The notes beneath the pieces were generated by a model. The model worked only from the letters and a program-made list of their open reading frames with translations, ran no database searches and was not told the DNA's origin. DNA of 64,000 bases from IMG/VR virus record IMGVR_UViG_3300034126_000020, positions 128,001-192,000 of that record; one strand, 5' to 3'. This DNA comes from a virus. Taxonomy: Duplodnaviria; Caudoviricetes. Positions 35,154-45,255 of the stretch are shown piece by piece. Within the stretch, counting starts at the first letter, position 1. The number at the start of each line of letters is the position of its first letter. Made by a program: the position numbers and the translations under genes.

Positions 35154-36617
35154 TCATCGTGATACCTGGTCGCCCTCGACGATCCAGCTGGTAATCGTCG
35201 CAATCAACGGCGGCGGAAGCGTCGTGTTGCGGGACACCGTGAATGGCTTGTCGAGGTCCATGACGCCTGTGACGGGATCATGGCGGGACATGACTTTCGC
35301 GTTCTTCAGGTCAAGCGGTAGCTCGCCCCAGAGTGCGTCACCATCGAAGTCAGCGTTCTTGTCGATCAAGTTGAGCGGCGAGATGCTGATGGTGTTGTCT
35401 GTCGGGTCCGGCTTGATCGTGTCGATCTGGTTGTAGCCAATCGAGCCACGGGTCAGCGTCGGGTTACGACCGAAGGTGGTTGGAATGGTGCCGTTCGGAG
35501 CTTCGGCTAGTAGCTCCTTGAACAACCGGTCCAGCTCAGGGTGCCAACGCAGTGTGTTCTCGTAGATCAGAGCCTGCATCTCGTTGGGGATATACCCCTG
35601 AGTGAGCAGCTTGTTCTGCAAGTGCACCTTAAACAGCAAGGTACTGGCAGACCACGGCATCTCCATCCCATCTTGACGGTGGGGCTTCTGACGCGACGTG
35701 ATCACCGCACGGAACCCGAAGTACGGACGTGTGCCGTAGATCAGCTTACGTGCCACACCAGGCTTCTTGAAGATCACCTCAGACTCGAAGGTCTTATAGT
35801 AGTCATTGAAGTGCTGGAGTGCGCTGACAACGCGACCCTCTTTAACAGCCTGAGCCAGCTTGGGCTGATTCTCGGCAGTCTCACGGTTGTCGATCCCGAT
35901 CAGGATGTGCGCGGCGTTAACCGCAGACACCATCTTGGGGTCAGCCGTGATACGGTTGTTGGAGTTTTCCTTGATGAACCCAAGACGCGTTGGGAATGGC
36001 AGGTAATCCGAGAACGTCCGGTCGAAGTTCTCCTGCAAGAAGCGCATGATCTTTCTACGCTTACGAGCAGATGCCGAAGGACCAATCAAGCCAGCCTTAA
36101 ACAACGCTACCAGGATGGACTCGTAGTGCTCGACAAAGTGGTTGTAGCCACGAGGGATTTCCAGCTTATCCAACTTGCGCATCTTGTCGGGAGCCAGGGG
36201 AGAGGCTGCCGTGTAGCGCGGGTTACAAAGATACTCCAGGATGTTGAAGTTCGAATGCGTCAGGTTCTTCGACAGAATCCGCCACACTGTTAAGTTGATG
36301 AATTTCTTGATGCCTGCCGGGCACTTGATCCACAGGAGAGTCTCCAATGGTTTCTCAGTGATCGGCATAACCAAGCTCAGACAGTCATTACAGCGGATGC
36401 CGTAATTGTCCATGCCGTGGATAAGTCCACAGTCACAGCTCGCCGTGTTGTTCAGCGAGTCCCCGTCCAGGCTGGCGTAAATCAGGTTGTTCAGCTTGAG
36501 ACGATCAGCCTCAAGATCGATGTTGAAGTCGTTCATCAGGATCGCTGGGTGCGACTGATGCATGAACATGGTGTCGTAGCCCACCACACGTAAGTAAATG
36601 CCATTACGCTTTTTCAT
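35154..36617 (-). CDS. Non-virion RNAP beta-prime N-terminal catalytic subunit (phiKZ gp55-56.1-like), uninterrupted
   Basis: SCDCG...CNDC zinc finger, GRNPTL, catalytic NADFDGD. Confidence 0.93.
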   Translation of the reverse strand: MKKRNGIYLRVVGYDTMFMHQSHPAILMNDFNIDLEADRLKLNNLIYASLDGDSLNNTASCDCGLIHGMDNYGIRCNDCLSLVMPITEKPLETLLWIKCPAGIKKFINLTVWRILSKNLTHSNFNILEYLCNPRYTAASPLAPDKMRKLDKLEIPRGYNHFVEHYESILVALFKAGLIGPSASARKRRKIMRFLQENFDRTFSDYLPFPTRLGFIKENSNNRITADPKMVSAVNAAHILIGIDNRETAENQPKLAQAVKEGRVVSALQHFNDYYKTFESEVIFKKPGVARKLIYGTRPYFGFRAVITSRQKPHRQDGMEMPWSASTLLFKVHLQNKLLTQGYIPNEMQALIYENTLRWHPELDRLFKELLAEAPNGTIPTTFGRNPTLTRGSIGYNQIDTIKPDPTDNTISISPLNLIDKNADFDGDALWGELPLDLKNAKVMSRHDPVTGVMDLDKPFTVSRNTTLPPPLIATITSWIVEGDQVSR

Positions 36618-36659
36618 TGACCTCCCCTAGTGCCCGCTGAAAATAAAAAGGCATAACAA

Positions 36660-36679
36660 GGGGGAGCACAGGCTCCCCC
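36660..36679 (-). terminator. Terminator after chimallin
   Basis: gggggagc-acag-gctccccc with aaaataaaaa flank. Confidence 0.7.
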
Positions 36680-36695
36680 AAGCTATGAACGTCAG

Positions 36696-38606
36696 TTAGA
36701 AGCTATTGCCGAAGCCAAAGCCGTTACCAACGTTGCCACGCAGCGAACGAGCGCCGTCACCAGTCACGCGGCGGCTCGAGAGCATGCCGTGAGTGAGGTC
36801 ACCGCCGACGAAGTCACGGATGCGAGTGTTACCACGCAGGCGACGGTTGCCGAAGGTGTAGTGAGCGGAACGCTGGTCGATGTTGATTTTGCAATCAGCA
36901 ACGGCCATTGCCAGCGCTTCGATGAACTGCGGGTTGACGAAAGCCAGGTCTACGTAACGAGCGAACTTCACGTTGCTCGCGCCGAGGGCGCTGGTCAGTT
37001 GGTCGTACTGCTCGCTGACGCGGATTTCTACGTCCAGGTCAACGCGGTCGATCACGTCCTGATAACGCAGGGCAGATTCGCCTTCGTCATTCGGGTTGGT
37101 GGCCATCCAGCGCAGCAGGTCCCATTCACGCAGATCGCGCTCGTTGCCCTTCTCGTCGATCCAGGTGCCAGTCAGGTAACGAGCACCGGACATTTGCAGC
37201 GGGGTTTCGACGCCCAGTTCACGGGCACGGCGGGTGAAGTTGCCGTTGGTCAGACGGTCGGCGTAGTCGTACAGACGGCCGATGGCGTCCTTGTTGGCGC
37301 TGTCGTCAGTAGCAGCGTCGGACAGCAGGGAGGTGATCCAGCTGTTGTCGCCGCCTTCTTCCAGCTCGATAGCCCAGGCCAGGTTGTCGTCAACCAGGCT
37401 GAAGAAGTACTGAGCCCACTTGTGGGTGTCCAGCGACGCACGGTTGTCGAACTCGACCGGAGTCTTGTCCTGATCCGGGCCGAGGATGTTCAGCAGGCCA
37501 GCATCACGGTGGTCGATTTCGCCGCGAGCGATGTCGCCCGGCAGGTAGGTCTGAGCCCACGCTTGGTCTTTCGAGATGACCGACGCACCAGCCAGAGCCA
37601 GCAACAGCAGCTCAGGGGTGATGCCGTTGGCGTTGGTGTCCATGCGGTTGATCACGTACATCGGAGTGAAGTACGGCTGATCACGGCGCTGGGTACGGCT
37701 CCAACGATCTTGTTCGACCGGCGGGGTGTACATGATGCTGACGTAACCGCCCAGGTTGGCCAGGCCAACAGGGATGTTCTGGTCGCCTTTGCGCACGATG
37801 CCGGCAACGGTAACGGCCAGGTCGGAACGACGTGGCAGACCGTCAGCGGTCATGGCTTCACGGCCAGACAGGTCGACGTTGATTTCCAGGGTCGATTGCT
37901 TGCTCAGCCAGTCCAGCGAGAAGAACAGGTCAGGCTGGAACAGGTTGCTGTAGATCGCTGCCAGAGCGGCCTGGGCGTAGAACACGACCTGACGCACTTC
38001 GGTGTTTTCCGGATCGTTGAAGTCCACTTTGTGGGACACTACGCGCCAGCCGGCACGAACGATCTCGACGCTACGGCGCGACTGATCGAAAGCCTTCTTC
38101 GCGATTTCGTCAACCAGAGCCAGGTAGCTCTCGGTGATGTAGTCGGAGGCGATGATCGGCAGCGGGTAGGTGCGATGGTTGATTTCGACGTTACGCACGG
38201 TGGCGTCGTCGGTCATGCTCGAGGACAGAGCCAGAGCCGACACCAGAACCTTGACGGTGCCGTTGTCTTCGACTGGGTAAGCCAGGATCACCGAGGAGAT
38301 GCTGACGTTGTGCTCGGAAGCTTCCAGACCCAGAACTTGGATCTTGGAGAGGTCGATCAGGCCGGCGCCTGCAACCTGACGCTCTGGATCGAACCAGTGC
38401 TTAACCGACTTAACAGCGTTGACCAGAACTTCGCCGCTGATGCGACGGGACATCGGTGCGCCGAGCAGGCGGTTGATGTCCAGCAGGCCAGCGGTGCCAG
38501 CCTGCGATTCACGGGCAGGGCGCTCAGCACGTTCGCTGCGAGGTTGTTCGGTGCGCGGACGCTCGTTGCTCGAAGCGGTGTTGTCGATGTCGTCTTGTAC
38601 AGCCAT
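36696..38606 (-). CDS. chmA: Chimallin, major nuclear shell protein (phiKZ gp54-like)
   Basis: 636 aa directly upstream of the nvRNAP catalytic subunit; disordered N-terminus, G/F-rich C-terminal tail, extreme codon bias, own promoter and terminator. Confidence 0.88.
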   Translation of the reverse strand: MAVQDDIDNTASSNERPRTEQPRSERAERPARESQAGTAGLLDINRLLGAPMSRRISGEVLVNAVKSVKHWFDPERQVAGAGLIDLSKIQVLGLEASEHNVSISSVILAYPVEDNGTVKVLVSALALSSSMTDDATVRNVEINHRTYPLPIIASDYITESYLALVDEIAKKAFDQSRRSVEIVRAGWRVVSHKVDFNDPENTEVRQVVFYAQAALAAIYSNLFQPDLFFSLDWLSKQSTLEINVDLSGREAMTADGLPRRSDLAVTVAGIVRKGDQNIPVGLANLGGYVSIMYTPPVEQDRWSRTQRRDQPYFTPMYVINRMDTNANGITPELLLLALAGASVISKDQAWAQTYLPGDIARGEIDHRDAGLLNILGPDQDKTPVEFDNRASLDTHKWAQYFFSLVDDNLAWAIELEEGGDNSWITSLLSDAATDDSANKDAIGRLYDYADRLTNGNFTRRARELGVETPLQMSGARYLTGTWIDEKGNERDLREWDLLRWMATNPNDEGESALRYQDVIDRVDLDVEIRVSEQYDQLTSALGASNVKFARYVDLAFVNPQFIEALAMAVADCKINIDQRSAHYTFGNRRLRGNTRIRDFVGGDLTHGMLSSRRVTGDGARSLRGNVGNGFGFGNSF

Positions 38607-38675
38607 GGTGTGACTCCTTGGTATATAACGTTACTAGGCCTAGTGAACTCGAAGCTTGGCTTCTGTATTCATGTT

Positions 38676-38686
38676 TATAATGTAGC
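38676..38686 (-). promoter_or_regulatory. Early promoter motif variant GCTACATTATA
   Basis: 70 nt upstream of chmA. Confidence 0.55.
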
Positions 38687-38931
38687 ACCGTACGAAGTTC
38701 GAATGGAATTCGTGCAGAGAGCCTCATTATGATTCGGCCAGGGGGTTTAAAAATACGTGTGATCTTACCGGAAAAGGAAATACCCTCCTCTTGTGCTGAG
38801 CTATAAACTCAGCCGGAGCAGATCTCCTATAGCATATGCAGTCTCAGGTTATTTTTTACGATTGCACTCGCACCACCTCTGAAAGAATTCCGGCTATCCT
38901 TTGAGACTTTACCCGCCAATGGACCATCGCC

Positions 38932-40071
38932 ATGTACCAACTGTTCAACACCGAGTCCAGGATCAAGCAGACCAATATCGCTACCTTTGGCCTGGACTAC
39001 GTCAAGCGCGAACTGATGAACGTACAGGTGAACCGCTATAAACAGCTTCGGGCTGCAAACCCCGGGTACCTGAAGAGCGACCACCTGCTACAGAAGATCC
39101 TGGGCATGATCGACATCCCTTTCGATGGCGACCTACCCGACTACTATCTCCGTGTCTCCAGCATTGTAGACCGGCTTGCTGGACAGATGGGCTTTTGCAC
39201 CGCCGGCCACCACGGGCGGGTCAGGAACCATAGCCACTTCTACGGTAAAGGCGTGAATGAAGTCATCATTGCCATTGCTGACGATGAAGTCACTCCAGGC
39301 CAGATCTGGTTTAACTGGCGGAATATGAGCCCTGTGAGGGTACTCTCACATCCTATCATGGGATGCGGTATTATTGAACTGGATGGGACCAACGACATCA
39401 AGGGTTTGCCTTGGGGTGCGACGGCCGTTATCGAGATCAACATTCCTTTGCTGGCTTGTCAGTATCACCTGTGGCGGGTGGCTGTACGTGGACTGGCCCC
39501 AGAGGGCTTTGCCTTCCCCGTGAGCCATTTCCTGACACAGATCATCATCCCCAACATGCTGCCCGGTCACTTGGACGTGGCAGTGGGCAACACGCTGCAC
39601 CATTTGATCGGTGGCACGGGTTACGTCAAGGTAGAGAGCGACATGCCCTTCTACACGGCAGACCTGTACCCCAAGCTGGAGAAAGGCTTGCAGGAGTTGG
39701 CTACCCGCTTCTGCAACCAGACACTGTACTACCGAGACATCCTCTCGAACGTCCCTGTGTTTGGCAACGACACCTTGATCCAGACCGTTCGGATGCCAGA
39801 CATCGCGTACACCAACCAAGCGATCTGGGCACTGACCATGGCACGGCTTCCTGTGATTGCCATGCTCTTGAAGTTCGACCAGTTGGCCAAGAACGTAAAG
39901 AACGATGCTGACCGTAACCGTATCCGGCGTAGTCTCACGGAAGCGGAGAGCGGCAAGTACTTGGTGAACCAGATCCCAGCCGATGTTGCAGCAGGGATTG
40001 CGAACTTCATTGCACAGAACGTGGCACCTCTGTTGTTCAAGTCGCCCCAAGCGGCAGAGCAAACCCTGTAA
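38932..40071 (+). CDS. Conserved core protein, probably virion-associated (phiKZ gp52-like by synteny)
   Basis: 379 aa, divergent from chmA. Confidence 0.7.
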   Translation: MYQLFNTESRIKQTNIATFGLDYVKRELMNVQVNRYKQLRAANPGYLKSDHLLQKILGMIDIPFDGDLPDYYLRVSSIVDRLAGQMGFCTAGHHGRVRNHSHFYGKGVNEVIIAIADDEVTPGQIWFNWRNMSPVRVLSHPIMGCGIIELDGTNDIKGLPWGATAVIEINIPLLACQYHLWRVAVRGLAPEGFAFPVSHFLTQIIIPNMLPGHLDVAVGNTLHHLIGGTGYVKVESDMPFYTADLYPKLEKGLQELATRFCNQTLYYRDILSNVPVFGNDTLIQTVRMPDIAYTNQAIWALTMARLPVIAMLLKFDQLAKNVKNDADRNRIRRSLTEAESGKYLVNQIPADVAAGIANFIAQNVAPLLFKSPQAAEQTL

Positions 40072-40072
40072 A

Positions 40073-40102
40073 CATAGAGAGGAGCCTAGGCTCCTCTCTA
40101 TG
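40073..40102. terminator. 13-bp hairpin between convergent genes
   Basis: catagagaggagc-ctag-gctcctctctatg. Confidence 0.75.
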
Positions 40103-40107
40103 CCGTG

Positions 40108-40683
40108 TCACTCAAACAATCGATCAATCGAGATACTGCTAAGGATAGGCAGAGAAGCGATGTGCACGCTCCGTGGTTGTACGAAGGCCTCAGGCATCGG
40201 TACAAGCCCGGGAACCACACGGCGGATCACTACACCACCGGGAAGCTCTCGCACCGCAGGCTGCGCCTCACGCTCTCTGGCCCACCGTTCTGCCTGAAGG
40301 CGCAGACGTTCCCGTCGAGCCACGTCGTCAAGCTTACGCTGGACTTGGCCTTCTGGGTCCATCATGCCTTTCTGGAACAACGCCATCAGCGGGGTCTCAT
40401 ACACCGTACCACTACGATGCGTGAAGTCCTGCTTGAAGGTAATGTCGTCCCGGAAGGTCACCAATCCATGAGGCCAGACAATCAGCCAATGGCCACCTTC
40501 TGGCTTAAAGAGCTGGTAGAAGTCAGGGTCGATCTGCATGACCTCTTTGGGATTGAACCCATAAGCGGTGTAGGACGGATCGTCATGGAACATCCAGTCC
40601 GTACGGTCAACTCGCTGGATCTGGAACGCGTGGACCTTGGACCACGGGGTGATCCTGAGTGTTGAGACGGTGCAGCTGGGCAT
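40108..40683 (-). CDS. Hypothetical protein
   Basis: 191-aa ORF; start uncertain. Confidence 0.6.
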   Translation of the reverse strand: MPSCTVSTLRITPWSKVHAFQIQRVDRTDWMFHDDPSYTAYGFNPKEVMQIDPDFYQLFKPEGGHWLIVWPHGLVTFRDDITFKQDFTHRSGTVYETPLMALFQKGMMDPEGQVQRKLDDVARRERLRLQAERWAREREAQPAVRELPGGVVIRRVVPGLVPMPEAFVQPRSVHIASLPILSSISIDRLFE

Positions 40684-41011
40684 CGTGAGCCCTCCTCAAT
40701 GTGTTCAAGGCATCACCCAATCGCTTGGCCACCTGAATGTTTATCTTGCCGTGCTGGCGTACCGCAGTCTCCACCAGCAGGAATATAGGCACCCCGCTGA
40801 TCAGAGACTGCTCCACTGCCTTCTCGACCATCTCCGAGAACACATCAATGATGGCTTGATTGCTCATCGGATCAAGGTTGATGGACGACTTGGTGACGCA
40901 TGCCTTGTTGTAGTCGCCAGTGAGGTCACCCCAGGTTGTCAAGACCGGCCCACGCCGGTCAGGGAACCTGAGGATCTTGCACTCAGTCGGCGAGCCAGTC
41001 TTCTCCGTCAT
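40607..41011 (-). CDS. Hypothetical protein
   Basis: MTEKTG...KILRFP; overlaps the DNA polymerase stop. Confidence 0.55.
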   Translation of the reverse strand: MTEKTGSPTECKILRFPDRRGPVLTTWGDLTGDYNKACVTKSSINLDPMSNQAIIDVFSEMVEKAVEQSLISGVPIFLLVETAVRQHGKINIQVAKRLGDALNTLRRAHDAQLHRLNTQDHPVVQGPRVPDPAS

Positions 41012-43274
41012 CTTCTTCATACTCCTCATCGTCATCCTCGTCGATCTTGAGGATGATGCTGTTGGCGTCAGTCGGATCAGGTTGCAGGTTGACTTCGCCT
41101 TTTGGTGTATAGATGTCGCTGATCAAGCGGACGTACTTGCTGTCGACTTGGAAGATCCCCAGCGTCTCGAGGATCATGTAGAAGGACTCCAGGATCTCGT
41201 AGGTGAGACGACGGACGTCGATCTGTGCCATGACCTCATCTGGCATCCCGATGCCCGACAGGATCGACAGAGGCAGCATGAGCGTGCCCATCTTGTCCTT
41301 GCCAGCCCGTTCGCAATACTCGCGCAGGCGTGCACCCAGCTCCTTGTCCGTGTTGTCCACGTGAGTGAGCCATTCCTGCATGTCGGTCTTGTTATTGATC
41401 GCCAGCGGAACCTTAATCACGGAGAACGGTGGGCTTTCTACATGGCCGTACTTCGGTGCAAAGACGTGCTCCCAGAAGTGATAGTGACGATAGTTCGTCT
41501 TCTCACGGAATGGATCTTCCTTGTTCATGTTCGGGTACGATTCCTGAACCTGTGCAGACTTCAGGTAACGGTGTTCCCCGGACTTGATCGAGGTGTAGAT
41601 GTCTTGCTCCAAACGCCACACCAGCAGGTACAGCTCTTCCAGTGTGAACTGACGGTTCTCATCCGCACGGGTCATGACTTCCTTCATGAACGCCTTGGCC
41701 TGCTTGATGATCGCTACCGGCACGGTGGAGGAACGCAGGGCTACGCCTTTGATCTCCATCTCGTAGTCACGGTACACACGGCCTTCACGAGCACTCATGA
41801 ACGCGTAGTAGTGCTTCGCCCGACTGGTCAAGGTAAAGACCGGGAAGGCGTACTCGTTCTTCATGGTGAGGCGGTGTAGGTCTTCCTGAATCACGCCCAT
41901 GTTGGCAGACAGCTTCGCCAGCACGTGCACGATGCATTGGCAAGCCACGAAGGTCGTAGTGTACCAGATGCCGTCACCTTCACGGCTACGCACGTCGCTA
42001 CCGGTGTACCACGTTACCCATTCCTGCGTGGTGAAGATCGTGGAGTCTGTGTCAGACGCCAGTACCACACGACGGAGGATGCCCTTGATGTTCGCTACGG
42101 TTGGAGCCAGCAACACTGGGGTCAGGAACACACGGATGAACTGGAAGTAGTCCTGCAACGTGTTCTGGATGTTAGCCGAGGACTTGGCAACCAGTGCCAG
42201 CTCAGCCGTCATCCCTTTTTCTTTCATGGAGTCGAAGTCTTCACCCCGAGTGATGTCCGCGTTGAGGTACGTGGCCAGCATCTTGGTGTCGTCGTCGAAT
42301 GCCTTGCTGCGAAGCATGGCAAAACCGTCTTCCACTTCCATGGAATCGTTACGTGGCTCGTGTTTGATGATCCGGTCCATGAACCCACGGACAAAACCAT
42401 CGTTGAGCTGGGCAATGTGGTACAGGTCGCCCGTGTACATCACGATCGCACGCTCCAGCGGGGTCAACTTCTCGATCAGGTCAGCGATCTTCTGGAAGTT
42501 GGCCTCGTTGCGCCAGTACAAGTCAGTGCTGCGCTTGATGCACTTGACAGTTTGCTCGGTGGAAGGGTAGACAAAGCCGCAACTGTCCATCACTTGACGG
42601 AATTCCTCGTGCGGTTGGCTCTTGACCAGCGCGAGGATGTTGGCAATCGTTATCTTGGGTGACCAATAGTGTCTTGACCCTGCCAGTAGCTTCTCGTTAC
42701 TGGCGTTACCGTAGCCGGTGGCAGAACGGCACATCGAAGTCAGGCTGGAGTGGCCCGATTTCACGTAGAGAATGTTACCAGTGAAGCCGTGCATGCCAGA
42801 CAGCGAGTTAATCGCGATCTTCTTGGCGTTCTGCTCGGCGTCCTTGATCTTCTCAAGGGTCTCATCCCCTGCTACCTGAGCAAGGAACATCTCGTTCTTG
42901 GCTTTCTTACGTCCTGCGATGCCCGATTCAACGAACTTGGCCGAAGGGGACTTCAACACCTTCGGGTTCTCGTAGCACACCATCGATGGACTGATGATGC
43001 GGTTGGTGTCAGTCACGGTTTTGACGTAGTTGAGCAGGGTCATTTCAGTTTTGACCCGGTTGCCCGGTGATTCTTGTTTCAAGACCAGCATGTTCGGATC
43101 ACGAAGCGGGTACTTCCCACCTCGGGAGAGTGTACGCTTCAGGAACGCCAAGCACTTGTCTTCCGGCTGCCCGGTCATCCGATGCAGATAGTGGGTATTC
43201 TGTTCGAAGTACCCCTTCAACAGATCGAGGTCACGGGTATAGGCTTCCTTCGGAAGTACAAACGGATTTTCCAT
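40983..43274 (-). CDS. Family-B DNA polymerase catalytic subunit (phiKZ gp50-like)
   Basis: KIAINSLSG (motif B) and ASDTDS (motif C); start MENPF; acidic C-terminal tail. Confidence 0.92.
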   Translation of the reverse strand: MENPFVLPKEAYTRDLDLLKGYFEQNTHYLHRMTGQPEDKCLAFLKRTLSRGGKYPLRDPNMLVLKQESPGNRVKTEMTLLNYVKTVTDTNRIISPSMVCYENPKVLKSPSAKFVESGIAGRKKAKNEMFLAQVAGDETLEKIKDAEQNAKKIAINSLSGMHGFTGNILYVKSGHSSLTSMCRSATGYGNASNEKLLAGSRHYWSPKITIANILALVKSQPHEEFRQVMDSCGFVYPSTEQTVKCIKRSTDLYWRNEANFQKIADLIEKLTPLERAIVMYTGDLYHIAQLNDGFVRGFMDRIIKHEPRNDSMEVEDGFAMLRSKAFDDDTKMLATYLNADITRGEDFDSMKEKGMTAELALVAKSSANIQNTLQDYFQFIRVFLTPVLLAPTVANIKGILRRVVLASDTDSTIFTTQEWVTWYTGSDVRSREGDGIWYTTTFVACQCIVHVLAKLSANMGVIQEDLHRLTMKNEYAFPVFTLTSRAKHYYAFMSAREGRVYRDYEMEIKGVALRSSTVPVAIIKQAKAFMKEVMTRADENRQFTLEELYLLVWRLEQDIYTSIKSGEHRYLKSAQVQESYPNMNKEDPFREKTNYRHYHFWEHVFAPKYGHVESPPFSVIKVPLAINNKTDMQEWLTHVDNTDKELGARLREYCERAGKDKMGTLMLPLSILSGIGMPDEVMAQIDVRRLTYEILESFYMILETLGIFQVDSKYVRLISDIYTPKGEVNLQPDPTDANSIILKIDEDDDEEYEEDDGEDWLAD

Positions 43275-43344
43275 CAGTTGGGCCCTTGATACGGCAAAAG
43301 AAAAAGAAAGGGAGGATCGCTCATAATAGAGCAACCCTCCGTTT

Positions 43345-43923
43345 TTATTCACTGAAGTTCACGAACGTGTAAACGACAGTGTCTTCTTCCCGCATTGGGA
43401 CTACCTCGGTAAGAACGAAGCCATCTTCCTGTGCCTGGATCAGGCGGAGCGTGTCAAACCCATGGGGTCGGATGCCGCAGTTGTGGAAGTTGACCACCTC
43501 ATCGAGGAAGTCTTGCGCTACAGCATCATCGAAGTTGCTGTAGATGTCGTCCATGTGGGCTTCGGTGTACGCGGTGTCACCATTCTCCTCATGGATCATG
43601 ATGTCAACGTGCAAGGCCGGGTGACACATGGCAATCATGTCATTGTGCACTTGCTCAGTGACGCGGTGTTTGTGCGTCACCTTCTCAACCGCTTCAAGAA
43701 AGTCGCCGTACGCCTTGAAAAACTCATCGTCAAACGGGAACAGGATGTGGTTCTCCGTCCCCGCTTCGAATTGCAAACGCTTTGGGCGACGGGGAGGCCA
43801 CTTAATACTCGATCTTGAAATCCTTGATGCCATTTTGGAGAAGTGCCTCGCGCACGAGTTGTTCGGTCGAATCACTGACACTGCCCACTGTAACAACCAG
43901 CTTGCGGTCGGTGATAACCTCAA
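43345..43923 (-). CDS. Small acidic protein, paralogue-array member (true start probably ~43776)
   Basis: ORF track; C-terminal LRLIQAQEDGFVLTEV hairpin motif. Confidence 0.55.
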   Translation of the reverse strand: MRLSPTASWLLQWAVSVIRPNNSCARHFSKMASRISRSSIKWPPRRPKRLQFEAGTENHILFPFDDEFFKAYGDFLEAVEKVTHKHRVTEQVHNDMIAMCHPALHVDIMIHEENGDTAYTEAHMDDIYSNFDDAVAQDFLDEVVNFHNCGIRPHGFDTLRLIQAQEDGFVLTEVVPMREEDTVVYTFVNFSE

Positions 43924-44194
43924 TGGTGTTTAGGTCGATCCACGGCACACCCAGGACTTCAACAGCCCCGTTGCCGTAGCGCAACTTCACGTAACTGTAC
44001 GAACCTGCCGACTGGGGCAGGGTGGTCAAATAGTTCTTGACCTGGCTGTGCTTGGACTTGACATCGGAAATCAACTGGGCCGTGTCGAGGTCCAAGTCCG
44101 CAGCCACAATGGTGACGTTATCGCGGTTGGCCCCGAGGATGTTCGGGACCAGCGTGTTGAAGCGAACCGTCTTACCTTTGTAATCGGTGATCAT
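43802..44194 (-). CDS. Conserved core small protein (phiKZ gp49-like by synteny)
   Basis: MITDYKGKTVRFNT...GVPWIDLNTI; GAGG RBS. Confidence 0.75.
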   Translation of the reverse strand: MITDYKGKTVRFNTLVPNILGANRDNVTIVAADLDLDTAQLISDVKSKHSQVKNYLTTLPQSAGSYSYVKLRYGNGAVEVLGVPWIDLNTIEVITDRKLVVTVGSVSDSTEQLVREALLQNGIKDFKIEY

Positions 44195-44492
44195 GCGGAT
44201 GTTCCTCAATGATTAAAACGAATGTCCCTTCTGTGTCCACTACTTCCACGTCAACCCACTGCCTGTGTGAGAGTGCGCTGAAGGAGCGGTCTTGGCGGAT
44301 TCGTGCCAACCATTCACCATGATGCCGCAGGTCTTCCCTGAGGGCTATGAAGAACGCGTGGAGGATCAAATCCCTCACGTAACGGCGAACCGCACTGGGC
44401 AGTTCCTCGTCATGTGGCAAATCTGGGTCGAGGGAGTAGCAGACCTCGGGCAGGAGGTCAGCCAGAACCTCTGATGTGTTGATGACAATCAT
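44172..44492 (-). CDS. Small protein, paralogue-array member
   Basis: 106 aa, AAGGA RBS. Confidence 0.6.
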   Translation of the reverse strand: MIVINTSEVLADLLPEVCYSLDPDLPHDEELPSAVRRYVRDLILHAFFIALREDLRHHGEWLARIRQDRSFSALSHRQWVDVEVVDTEGTFVLIIEEHPHDHRLQR

Positions 44493-44501
44493 GGGTGGTC
44501 C

Positions 44502-44858
44502 TTAGCGCACAACGACGATCAAGGCCTCTTCTTCGGGGTAGTACGCGGCATGTACAACGCTGCGTCTATCCAGTCCAGGAGTTGCACGGTCTATCGCACA
44601 GTAGAGGTTGATCATAGCATTTCTCAGCGCTATGAAGTTGTCTTGGGCATCTTCCTGCTCTTCTCGTGTGGAGCCGGGGTAGACGGGGTACATCGGTTTG
44701 CAGTAGTTATCTACCGCGACCTCACCCCTCCGGCACCAGTCAGCATAGAACGAATACATTTCGTCCATCACATACGAGTGGTCCATGACTTGGGACAAGT
44801 CGGTTAAAAAGGCTTCGTGTATCTCGCCTCCATTGAAGATCATGCTACGCTCAGCCAT
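44502..44858 (-). CDS. Small protein, paralogue-array member
   Basis: 118 aa; ends AAYYPEEEALIVVVR. Confidence 0.7.
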   Translation of the reverse strand: MAERSMIFNGGEIHEAFLTDLSQVMDHSYVMDEMYSFYADWCRRGEVAVDNYCKPMYPVYPGSTREEQEDAQDNFIALRNAMINLYCAIDRATPGLDRRSVVHAAYYPEEEALIVVVR

Positions 44859-45255
44859 TGGATATTCTCACAACGAGTGAGCCGTCTGACGCGTCGTAAG
44901 CTACCAGTTCAGTGAACAGATGCTCAAGTCTACGGAAGCGGCTCAGTTGGTCTGCAAAGTCAGAGAATACGGGAATGACCAGCTCGTAAGCTTCATCGAC
45001 TTCCAGCATTAGCTGGTCACGAAGGGCATTCCGATTCGCAGACTCTCTCATCCAATAACTGAGTACTTGGCCATATTCAATCGCGATCGTGTTCTTGATG
45101 ACGCCCCGTAATACTGAGGACACCGTGGCGGCCAGCAGTTTTCGATTGATACTTAGGAGCCAGTTTCCTTCGACGGGGATACACAATACTAGCGGGATCA
45201 ACGGTGGGGTCTCCTGTTGTTCGCGGGGTAATCTCGACAATGGCAGAATCATCAT
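44851..45255 (-). CDS. Small protein, paralogue-array member
   Basis: Ends ELVAYDASDGSLVVRIS. Confidence 0.6.
   Translation of the reverse strand: MMILPLSRLPREQQETPPLIPLVLCIPVEGNWLLSINRKLLAATVSSVLRGVIKNTIAIEYGQVLSYWMRESANRNALRDQLMLEVDEAYELVIPVFSDFADQLSRFRRLEHLFTELVAYDASDGSLVVRISNG

Noticed and set aside
40983-41050. Acidic C-terminal tail of the DNA polymerase as a novel feature
   Set aside because: The region overlaps the start of the next gene, and short acidic tails are common on replication proteins. There is no evidence for a special role.
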